Below are positions 1 to 7,100 of a stretch of DNA of 14,070 nucleotides, one piece after another; the stretch's first letter is position 1; every line of letters starts with the position of its first letter. Position numbers and translations under genes: made by a program. The stretch lies in the IMG/VR virus record IMGVR_UViG_2648501165_000006; one strand, given 5' to 3'. The notes under the pieces were generated by a model. That model searched no databases. It saw only the letters and a program-made list of their open reading frames with translations, and had not been told where the DNA came from. Source of the stretch: a virus. Lineage: Duplodnaviria; Heunggongvirae; Uroviricota; Caudoviricetes.

Positions 1-47
1 CTCTCCAGGAAACCCGGGGCGGTTCAACCGATGCTCTTAAAGCTCAA

Positions 48-842
48 TTGGCATCAACGCAGAGTTCAAAAGAGTACAAAAATGATCGCAGCAAGGCGAT
101 GAATTCTGCTGTCAGCAATATGGCGCAGTGGTTCCGTTGGGATCCGTCTGCGGATGACCAGACGCCGGAAGCAGCTAGATTCCGTAATGACTATCAGACG
201 CTGTATGACATTAACTACCGCGTTGCTGGTGGTAACGCTGACGTAGCGAAGCAAATGACCAACCAGCAGATAGCCCGCACCTGGAGTATCAGCGAGGTTA
301 ACGGAGAAGCGCAGTTTATGAAATATGCACCGGAGGCGCTTTATCAATATGGGCCGTCAGGCTGGCAGGCGGCGCAGTGGAAAGCTGAAAAAGAACGGCT
401 GATGTACGGTGAGCGCAAAGAGATTATAACAACCAGCCCGACGTTGCTTGGGATCACGTCAGGTAATGCTCCTGTAGTTGAGACAAAAACCCCTGAGAGT
501 CGTATTAATGGAGAATTATTCATAACCCCTGACGTGTTAACACCCCGTAATGGTGATTACGCCATTATGGTAAGAACTAAGGATGAAAATGGCATCGATC
601 GGGTCCAGCCGTTTTATAACAAACATGGGCGTCCTATGCGTTGGGAACCATCACTAGAAGATTGGGAACCCTATAAGAAAATGCAGCAGGAACGGGAGCA
701 GTACGAGCAGGAAGAAATTATGCGTGGACAGGCTATACGAAACTTCAAAGACAAGCATCGCGCTCTGGATGAGCAGTATCAGCGCCTGCATAACGAACGT
801 ATGGACAAATTTAAAGATTACTTTTCGTGGGGATCTAAATAA
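48..842 (+). CDS. Phage virion or ejection-associated protein, function unknown; 5' end possibly beyond the window
   Basis: The reading frame is open back to position 3 with no in-frame stop, and the first in-frame start is TTG at 48. The stop TAA (840-842) overlaps the ATG of the next gene (842-844), indicating translational coupling. The C-terminus is charged and coiled-coil-like. Confidence 0.5.
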   Translation: MASTQSSKEYKNDRSKAMNSAVSNMAQWFRWDPSADDQTPEAARFRNDYQTLYDINYRVAGGNADVAKQMTNQQIARTWSISEVNGEAQFMKYAPEALYQYGPSGWQAAQWKAEKERLMYGERKEIITTSPTLLGITSGNAPVVETKTPESRINGELFITPDVLTPRNGDYAIMVRTKDENGIDRVQPFYNKHGRPMRWEPSLEDWEPYKKMQQEREQYEQEEIMRGQAIRNFKDKHRALDEQYQRLHNERMDKFKDYFSWGSK

Positions 843-3800
843 TGCCAGTTTATGCACAAGCTGAAGATCTTAATAACGGACTGATCCCGTCAGGTAACGT
901 TTTGCCGGAACAAACTGGGTTTGATGTTGCCCTTCCGGAAGGGGCTAATCCTGAGCCATTGCCACCTGAGCCTTCCGTATGGGGGGCTGCAATGCGACAG
1001 AACAATATTCTGTCTGGTTTTTTCCGCCCAGCCAGACAGTTTGAACCGGTCGAGGGTTATAACCCATATGCTGATAAAAATGAGTTGCACGGTTATGAAT
1101 ACTGGGGGGCGAAATTTGCAGATTCCCGATCGCCAGAGGAAACGGCGTGGATTAAGCAGCAGATAGATGATGAAAATGAAGACAGACGTTTATTGTCTGA
1201 TGCTGGCGTAGTTGGAACCCTTGCCAGTATTGCTGCGGGAATGGATCCGGTTACTGTTGCGTCAATGTTTATTCCCGGTGCTCAAGGAGGGGCACTGGCG
1301 CGTATTGGCTCACAGATTGCGATTGGTGCTGCCGGTACAGCATTAAGCGAGGTTGTACTGAATAATCAGCAAATAACACGCTCATGGGGTGAAAGTGCCG
1401 CTCACGTTGCAGCGGGTGCGATGATGAGCGGCGTGTTTGCCAGTGCTGGTGTTGCGCTTTCGCCATCCGTCCGGGCTGCAGCCACACGTGAGGTTGCTGA
1501 TGCTCTTGATAATATGAGCATTACATCAGCGACTGACAGGGCTGCCGCTTCGCTTTCCGATGGTGGTAGTGTTGGTGCTATGAAAATTGATACAGCGGCT
1601 CTGGATGATTTAACCCCTGTTTCCGGTGGGTGGGTTGGAAAGGCTGCATGGAAAGCAGGGAGCTATCTTACTCCTTTGACAAGGTTAATGGAGTCTCCGT
1701 CCAAGACGGTGCGAAAAACAGCGCTGGAGTTAGCCGAAAATAATTTCACCCTTAAAGGAAATGAAAGGGGGATTGAAACACCGGTAGCTGTAGAAACCCG
1801 TACACGTGGATGGCAGCGTGAAGAAGCTGCTGTTGTTGTCGGAAATAAACAGGCATACGCAAAGTATAAAGCTGATGGTGGTGACATGAGTTTTGATTCA
1901 TTTCGTCAGCAGGTTGGGAATGCTATGCGAAGCGGTGATGTGCATGCTAATCCTGTTGTTCAGGAAACGGCGCAGGCGATGCGAACTGTATTAAATCGGG
2001 TGAAAGTTGAAATGCAAAAGCTTGGTTTATTGCCGCCAGATGAAGAACTGAAAGCATTAGGCCAGGCAAGCTATTTCCCACGCATATATAAAGTTGGAAA
2101 AATAATCAGTGAACGCGATAAATTTCGACGTATTTTGGTTGACTGGTGGTCGAGAGGAAATAAAACACTGGATCCTGAGGATGCTGAAATTGCAGCGGAT
2201 ATCGTAATTAATAAAATTACTGGTGCTAAGGTTCCACAGGATTTTGTCAGCGTATTTTCTGTAAAAGCCGCAGGTAGTACGAAAGAAAGAACATTAAATG
2301 TTTCTGATAGTCTTATCAGGGATTATCTTGAAAGTGATGTGAATTACGTGCTGCAACGTCATATCCGTGAAGCGGCAGCAGAAATTGAGTTGACGAGAAC
2401 ATTTGGCAAACGAACTATGACTGAGCGTCTGCAATTAATTGAGGACGAATATGACAGTCTGTTACGGGAAGTGCCTGAAAAAATAAAGGCGAAATATGAC
2501 GAAAGTGTGGCAAATCTGAAAGCACGTTATGAGAGCAATGGTGAAGTTGTTCCTCAGGGTAAACTCGATTCATTAATGCGAAAGTACGAAAAGGAATTAC
2601 GGAAAGAACAGTCCAGACTTTCAAAATCAAGAGCAAATGATCTCAGAGACATAACAGCATTACGCGATCGTCTTGTTGGTACATATGGTATGCCTGATGA
2701 TCCGTCTTCGTTTTTTGTTCGTGCTGGCGCTTTTCTGCGGGATGTGAACTTCACGACCAAACTCGGTGGAATGACAGTATCAGCTATTCCAGATCTGGCC
2801 AGAGGGGTTATGGTTAATGGTTTCCGTAACACCATGAAAGGCTATGCTTCTCAGATATCCCAATCACCGGCATTTAAGGCCAGCAAAGAAGAGATGTTGA
2901 AGATGGGGATTGGATTGGAAGCTGTACTACATTCACGTTCTCGTGCAATTGGTGATCTTGTTGACAGTTCTTCCAGGACAACAGCAGTCGAAGCAGGAAT
3001 GGAGCGAATTACTGATGCCTTCGGCAAGCTGACACTCATGGATCGATTTAATGACATAAACAAATCCATGAACGGAATGCTCACGTCAGACGGTATTTTG
3101 TCTGGTGCGTTTTCTGCACGTCGCATGGCAAAACTCGGTATCAACGACAATATGGCTGCGCGTATTCGCAGTGAGTTCGAGAAACATGGTGAGGTAATTG
3201 ATGGATGGCACATTGGTAACTTTGATAAATGGGACGATCAGTACGTTGCCGGAGTATTCCAGTCAGCGGTTCTGAAAGACGTTAATAACACTATCATCAC
3301 CCCCGGTATTGGTGACACACCTTTATGGGCGAGTACTCCAATGGGGCGAACGATATTTCAGTTTAAATCATTCACAACGGCTTCATACAACCGTGCGCTA
3401 CTTGGTGGGTTACAGGAAGGAACTGCGCAATTTTATTATGGCACTGTATTTCAGATTGCTCTTGGCTCACTGGTCTATGCGCTAAAAGAAGCATCGAAAG
3501 GGAAAAATGTTGACTGGTCACCAGAGAAGCTGGTGCTTGAGGGTATAGATAGATCCGGTATTCTTGGGCCATTGATGGAATATAACAACATGGCTGAAAA
3601 GGCTACTGGTGGTGCTGTTGGGCTGGGGGCTTTATTTGGCACTGGCACACAGTCTAGGTATGCCAGTCGTGGATTCGTAGGATCTCTATTCGGACCGTCA
3701 TTTGGTCTTGCGGATAGCATCATTGATGTGACCGCAGGAGTGTTGAATGGTGATGCCGGTGATCGTATTGTGCATAATGTCCGAACCCTGATACCAGGCA

Positions 3801-3856
3801 ATAACCTGTTCTGGATTGCGCCACTAATAAACCAGGTGGATCCGGTGATGCGGTGA
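842..3856 (+). CDS. Large (1004 aa) phage internal virion / DNA-ejection (core) protein candidate
   Basis: Long ORF with a Gly/Ala-rich hydrophobic stretch (GAQGGALARIGSQIAIGAAGTALSEV...AAGAMMSGVFASAGVAL) and an extended charged coiled-coil region. It sits upstream of the immunity region and tailspike, as ejection proteins do in P22-like and epsilon15-like podoviruses. Function is inferred from size, composition and position only. Confidence 0.55.
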   Translation: MPVYAQAEDLNNGLIPSGNVLPEQTGFDVALPEGANPEPLPPEPSVWGAAMRQNNILSGFFRPARQFEPVEGYNPYADKNELHGYEYWGAKFADSRSPEETAWIKQQIDDENEDRRLLSDAGVVGTLASIAAGMDPVTVASMFIPGAQGGALARIGSQIAIGAAGTALSEVVLNNQQITRSWGESAAHVAAGAMMSGVFASAGVALSPSVRAAATREVADALDNMSITSATDRAAASLSDGGSVGAMKIDTAALDDLTPVSGGWVGKAAWKAGSYLTPLTRLMESPSKTVRKTALELAENNFTLKGNERGIETPVAVETRTRGWQREEAAVVVGNKQAYAKYKADGGDMSFDSFRQQVGNAMRSGDVHANPVVQETAQAMRTVLNRVKVEMQKLGLLPPDEELKALGQASYFPRIYKVGKIISERDKFRRILVDWWSRGNKTLDPEDAEIAADIVINKITGAKVPQDFVSVFSVKAAGSTKERTLNVSDSLIRDYLESDVNYVLQRHIREAAAEIELTRTFGKRTMTERLQLIEDEYDSLLREVPEKIKAKYDESVANLKARYESNGEVVPQGKLDSLMRKYEKELRKEQSRLSKSRANDLRDITALRDRLVGTYGMPDDPSSFFVRAGAFLRDVNFTTKLGGMTVSAIPDLARGVMVNGFRNTMKGYASQISQSPAFKASKEEMLKMGIGLEAVLHSRSRAIGDLVDSSSRTTAVEAGMERITDAFGKLTLMDRFNDINKSMNGMLTSDGILSGAFSARRMAKLGINDNMAARIRSEFEKHGEVIDGWHIGNFDKWDDQYVAGVFQSAVLKDVNNTIITPGIGDTPLWASTPMGRTIFQFKSFTTASYNRALLGGLQEGTAQFYYGTVFQIALGSLVYALKEASKGKNVDWSPEKLVLEGIDRSGILGPLMEYNNMAEKATGGAVGLGALFGTGTQSRYASRGFVGSLFGPSFGLADSIIDVTAGVLNGDAGDRIVHNVRTLIPGNNLFWIAPLINQVDPVMR

Positions 3857-3867
3857 GTTAAACGCCT

Positions 3868-4458
3868 TTAGCATGATTCAGGGGAAACCCCAATATTAAA
3901 TATGAGTGACTCTCCTGAATCAGCATAATAATGTAATATTATTGACTTACGTTGTTTTCTTGCTTCGTAGAATAAACGCTCTTGCGGCGATAATTTGTGA
4001 AAACTGCCGGATGCACAATATATGTTTTTTAACTTTTCGCTGGTTGCTTTTATTGTATCTTCTGAGATGTATTTTAGGTATTTATCCGTATAGATGTTGC
4101 TACTATAAGAAATTAATGTTTTGCTGTTGTTGTGATGTATTGTATTTTTATCGTTGAAGTCTGTATTTTTATTTACTGTCATTAGGTTTTTAATGATTAC
4201 ATGTAATGCAATAGTCTCCCCATCATCAATTCCATATTTGATGTCATAGTCAGTATATTTATTTGTTATACCGCTTCCTGATAGCGGCACTATGTACTCT
4301 GAGAAAAATGAGTTTGCCGCGTGACCATCAAGAGCAATAGCAGTTTTTTTGTGGTAAAAATAAAACAATATTGAGAGAGTCAAAATAATAGCGACGCCTA
4401 ATGCAACCTTTAATATAGATATGGTTTTCAAAATATCGCTCCTTGTTGTAACATACAT
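3868..4458 (-). CDS. Membrane-anchored hypothetical protein in an AT-rich moron (candidate superinfection-exclusion or defence effector)
   Basis: Visibly AT-rich ORF. It has one long N-terminal hydrophobic segment (ILKVALGVAIILTLSILFYFY) followed by a ~165-aa soluble domain with two Cys. The start is ambiguous: TTG at 4479 (ORF track), ATG at 4458, or TTG at 4431 preceded by AGGAG at 7-nt spacing. It lies immediately downstream of the RHH regulator gene on the same strand. Confidence 0.5.
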   Translation of the reverse strand: MYVTTRSDILKTISILKVALGVAIILTLSILFYFYHKKTAIALDGHAANSFFSEYIVPLSGSGITNKYTDYDIKYGIDDGETIALHVIIKNLMTVNKNTDFNDKNTIHHNNSKTLISYSSNIYTDKYLKYISEDTIKATSEKLKNIYCASGSFHKLSPQERLFYEARKQRKSIILHYYADSGESLIFNIGVSPESC

Positions 4459-4521
4459 CAGTAATGTGGCGTTTTTCAATTGTATTAAAGACGTGTAATA
4501 TGTACACGCCTTTTGTTCTTC

Positions 4522-4953
4522 CTATTCAGGTATTTCAATTCCAAAACCATCTGCATCCCATGAGTTTTCACAGATGATGTAACCTAGTTCATTGAGCTTA
4601 TTAAATGTTTTTTCAAAGATGATCTGGTAATCATTATCTGCAAGTGATTCCAGTTCAAGGTCATTAAGGTTTATATAAAAACTTGTATGTCCAAGTGTTA
4701 TTTTCTTATTGATTTCATTAAAAGTTCTTTTGAAAATAATATTTGATATTTCATGCCGTGCATTGTTTGCAATAATTTTTGCTTCATAAGCAGAAATTAC
4801 GTCATCTTCATGAATATCTTTCAGAAAGCTGGTGTCAAGACGTTGTACTATTTCAGCGTTCATTGAGCGCTTATTGGCTTTTGCAGAAATTTCTATTTTT
4901 TCTTTTACTTCAACGGGAAGTCTGATCCTTAGTTGTGGATCTTCTCTGCTCAT
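4522..4953 (-). CDS. Arc/Mnt-family ribbon-helix-helix transcriptional regulator with a ~90-aa C-terminal extension
   Basis: The N-terminus MSREDPQLRIRLPVEVKEKIEISAKANKRSMNAEIVQRL matches the Mnt/Arc RHH pattern (basic beta-strand, then helices, with the ...RSMN.E... motif). The likely start is ATG at 4953 with a GGTGA ribosome-binding site; the ORF-track start at 4983 is TTG. The gene is AT-rich. Confidence 0.6.
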   Translation of the reverse strand: MSREDPQLRIRLPVEVKEKIEISAKANKRSMNAEIVQRLDTSFLKDIHEDDVISAYEAKIIANNARHEISNIIFKRTFNEINKKITLGHTSFYINLNDLELESLADNDYQIIFEKTFNKLNELGYIICENSWDADGFGIEIPE

Positions 4954-4998
4954 GTTCTTCACCAAATATTGAGTTACTTGCAATGATTGAAGTATGCC

Positions 4999-5059
4999 TC
5001 ACCGTGTGCTTGACATCAATGACGCACGGTGTGACAATTGTTTTGCCCCACGGTGGGGC
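4999..5059. promoter_or_regulatory. Divergent immI-like control region: sigma70-like promoter (TTGACA 5010-5015, 17-nt spacer, GACAAT 5033-5038) overlapped by repeated CACCGTG / CACGGTG operator-like half-sites
   Basis: CACCGTG at 5000-5006 and its reverse complement CACGGTG at 5025-5031 flank the -35 element. A third copy sits inside the near-palindrome GCCCCACGGTGGGGC at 5045-5059, just upstream of the AAGGAG ribosome-binding site (5061-5066) of the Arc-like gene. Confidence 0.4.
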
Positions 5060-5073
5060 TAAGGAGATATGAA

Positions 5074-5241
5074 ATGCAAAAAGCAAAAGAGATGTGTCAA
5101 CGACGAGTTCGTTTTCCGGACGATGTGAAGTTAGCTATTGAAAGAAATGGCGAAAAAGAATGCCGAAAGTTCAATACAGAGATTATCTATCAGCTGAGGA
5201 AAGTGTATGGACTCACTGGTGAGAAGAATAGCGTGGCATAA
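5074..5241 (+). CDS. Arc-like small ribbon-helix-helix repressor (55 aa)
   Basis: ATG at 5074 is preceded by AAGGAG at 7-nt spacing. The product MQKAKEMCQRRVRFPDDVKLAIERNGEKECRKFNTEIIYQLRKVYG has the size and RHH pattern of phage P22 Arc. The ORF-track start at 5038 lacks a ribosome-binding site. Confidence 0.6.
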   Translation: MQKAKEMCQRRVRFPDDVKLAIERNGEKECRKFNTEIIYQLRKVYGLTGEKNSVA

Positions 5242-5247
5242 AACAGC

Positions 5248-5280
5248 GAAGCCCAACGGTGGCCAGACCGTCAGGGCTTC
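5248..5280 (-). terminator. Hairpin between the Arc-like and antirepressor genes, terminator-like on the minus strand (candidate sar-type antisense RNA terminator)
   Basis: 7-bp stem GAAGCCC / GGGCTTC with an internally structured loop. On the minus strand the hairpin is followed by a T-rich tract (TGTTTTAT); on the plus strand it is not. Confidence 0.35.
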
Positions 5281-5313
5281 AGTATCGTAAAACTACGTAT
5301 AGGAATTAACGAC

Positions 5314-6140
5314 ATGACGAGTATAGCAACAGCGCTATCTACTATCAACGTGCCATTCCACGGCGCAGAACTTTATGTTGTCAATCACAACGGAGAACCG
5401 TACACCCCAATGAAACCTATCGTTGAAGGCATGGGTATGGATTGGGCTTCACAGTTTACGAAAATGAAGCAGCGGTTTAAAACCTGCATTGTGAAAATCA
5501 CAATGCAGCTTCCTGGGGATGAACAGCGCCGTGAGATTATTTGTTTGGCACTTCGCAAACTTGCTGGCTGGTTGCAAACCATCAGCCCTAACAAAGTCCG
5601 CCCTGAAATCCGCGACAAGGTAATCCAGTATCAGGAAGAGTGTGACGATGTTCTCTACGAGTACTGGACTAAAGGCCATGTGGTTAACCCACGCAAAGCT
5701 AAAAAGGCGTTGCCGGGTAAAATAACCACTGAACAGCAGGAAGCCATTAAACAACTCGTCATGAGTCGCGGTCAGTCTCTGCCAAAAGAAAAACAGGCTA
5801 AGGCGATGATCACCATGTGGTCGTCACTGAAATCTCATTTTGGCTGTTCGTACAAAGAAATTGATGAAGATCAATTCGCCGAAGCGTTGTCTCTTGTTGC
5901 TCGGGTTCCGCTTGAAGGGGAGCATCTCCCTGCTGGATCTGCATCAGAGAATGATGAAGTGGCAGTCAAGATGTTAGATGCGCTTCGTGAGGCAATTAAA
6001 ACACAGACAAAATGTTATGGTTATCCGCTGAAGCCCGGCTACCGCAGTCTGATTCATTCGCCGTCTGGTGTTCTCGGCCTGACGGAGAACNNNNNNNNNN
6101 CCACGCGGAGTACATCAACGACAAGGCAGGGTTCTTCTGA
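5314..6140 (+). CDS. Antirepressor (Ant-like N-terminal domain plus KilA-C-like C-terminal domain), interrupted by an assembly gap
   Basis: The N-terminus MTSIATALSTINVPFHGAELYVVNHNGEPYTPMKPIVEGMGMDWASQF is antirepressor-like. After the N run, the frame ...HAEYINDKAGFF-stop (ending at 6138-6140) matches the C-terminus of the minus-strand antirepressor 7124..7810. The ORF-track extension to 6315 is a frame artefact of the N10 placeholder. Confidence 0.6.
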
Positions 6141-6164
6141 CAGAACGGCGGCACAGGGATGTGC
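6028..6164 (+). repeat. Inverted repeat copy A (antirepressor C-terminal module plus ~25 bp of 3' UTR), gapped
   Basis: 6028-6090 and 6101-6164 are near-identical to the reverse complement of 7101..7359, for example CTGAAGCCCGGCTACCGCAG...GGCCTGACGGAGAAC and CACGCGGAGTACATCAACGACAAGGC. Confidence 0.8.
6091..6100. other. Assembly gap (10 N placeholder) inside a repeated antirepressor C-terminal module
   Basis: A literal run of ten n characters. By comparison with the paralogous copy at 7101..7359, the true missing length is probably ~120-130 bp. Confidence 0.95.
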
Positions 6165-6190
6165 AAAACGGAACTATCGTGACATGTCAC

Positions 6191-6215
6191 AGGCCGCTTT
6201 CGCGGCCTTGTTTTT
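6191..6215 (+). terminator. Rho-independent terminator downstream of the antirepressor gene
   Basis: Stem AGGCCGC (6191-6197), loop TTTC, stem GCGGCCT (6202-6208), then TGTTTTT. Confidence 0.6.
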
Positions 6216-6255
6216 AACGAATGCCACCGCCGCCCGGGCGGGAATCCGCAGACAC

Positions 6256-6277
6256 AAAAAAGCCCGCAACGCGGGCT
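6256..6277 (-). terminator. Rho-independent terminator immediately after the 181-aa minus-strand gene
   Basis: On the minus strand: stem AGCCCGC, loop GTT, stem GCGGGCT, followed by T6 (the plus-strand A-run at 6256-6261). The hairpin overlaps the stop codon at 6277-6279. Confidence 0.6.
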
Positions 6278-6822
6278 TATTCCTTCCATTTATCAGAAAA
6301 AAGCTCTTCTTCTAAAGGCATTGGTTCTGTTTTTGTTTTCTCAAAGAATTGATAACTGATAGTGATTGCTTCCTCTTTAAACTCTTCTTGCTCAGTTATG
6401 TTGTGGGCATCTGCGTCAACAAAAAACATAACCAGCGCATCACGATTGTGATTTACCGAATAAACTAAAAAGCAATCACTTGTTGGTATGCATTTTACTT
6501 GCACAGACGCTATATTTTTCCATGCATCCCAAGATGATTTTTTACCAGTGTGTTTTTTATCACTATCTTCTGGAATATAGTCTTGGTTATCGACATGAGT
6601 ATGCCTGACATTTAGTTTAAGCATTTCTGTCGGACGAGCAAATGCAGCATCTTTACCAAGAGATGGATGGTATCCCGTTTTCCAATACTGGGTAAAGGCA
6701 TCAGATACTTTCTTCAGCTCAAGATCAGATGCACAAAGGGCCGAGAAATTTTGCGTATGCAATACTCGACCCTTATATCTGACAATTTGATTTTTATCAT
6801 TCTGCGACGCAGACGAACTCAT
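6277..6822 (-). CDS. Hypothetical 181-aa protein, candidate toxin or abortive-infection effector (possible YafO-like motifs)
   Basis: ATG at 6822 is preceded by AAGGA. The motifs ...EMLKLNVRHTHV... and ...CFLVYSVNHNRDALVMFFVDA... resemble, from memory, conserved blocks of YafO-family mRNA-interferase toxins; this is unverified. The gene is flanked by its own terminator and lies between convergent antirepressor genes. Confidence 0.5.
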   Translation of the reverse strand: MSSSASQNDKNQIVRYKGRVLHTQNFSALCASDLELKKVSDAFTQYWKTGYHPSLGKDAAFARPTEMLKLNVRHTHVDNQDYIPEDSDKKHTGKKSSWDAWKNIASVQVKCIPTSDCFLVYSVNHNRDALVMFFVDADAHNITEQEEFKEEAITISYQFFEKTKTEPMPLEEELFSDKWKE

Positions 6823-6976
6823 AATTTTCCTTATTGTTACGAGAATCAAAGAAAGCTCGGGATACGCGACTTGCGTGATCTTTTGTCATAGTAACTTTTA
6901 CGTACTCTACGCTTCCATTGAAAGAACGTCTTGCGGCAGCTTGCGCTCTACGCATCTGCAATTTTTCGTTTCGCAT
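6797..6976 (-). CDS. Small 59-aa ORF upstream of and overlapping the 181-aa gene (candidate antitoxin or regulator)
   Basis: ATG at 6976 is preceded by GAGG at ~7-nt spacing. The N-terminus is Arg-rich (MRNEKLQMRRAQAAARR...). It overlaps the downstream gene start by 26 nt in a different frame. It is absent from the ORF track, which appears to omit ORFs of this size (shortest listed is 60 aa). Confidence 0.35.
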   Translation of the reverse strand: MRNEKLQMRRAQAAARRSFNGSVEYVKVTMTKDHASRVSRAFFDSRNNKENYEFVCVAE

Positions 6977-7100
6977 GACATTACCTCATATCTCATAAGT
7001 TCATTACACGGATTAATAAAAATGAAACCAATCCGTTTACCCTTGAGGTAATAGTACGCTATTCACCCACAGTCTGCAATCTGTACAGAATTATTTAAAG

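Noticed and set aside
2554-3801. Antisense ORFs inside the 1004-aa gene (2554..2835, 2851..3213, 3475..3801, minus strand)
   Set aside because: They lie entirely within a long, well-supported plus-strand ORF and have no ribosome-binding sites; typical shadow ORFs.
3906-4157. Cys-rich 83-aa plus-strand ORF inside the AT-rich moron
   Set aside because: It is antisense to the membrane-protein gene and has no ribosome-binding site; the Cys/Leu/Tyr-rich translation is what AT-rich DNA gives by chance.
5038-5073. Upstream extension of the Arc-like ORF (MFCPTVGLRRYE…)
   Set aside because: The extension would start within the promoter/operator. The internal ATG at 5074 has a consensus AAGGAG ribosome-binding site and yields an Arc-sized protein.
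6141-6315. 3' part of ORF-track ORF 5314..6315 (…TRSTSTTRQGSSDRTAAQG…)
   Set aside because: It is a frame artefact of the 10-N placeholder. The correct frame after the gap encodes HAEYINDKAGFF-stop ending at 6140, matching the paralogous antirepressor, and the remainder is 3' UTR with terminators.
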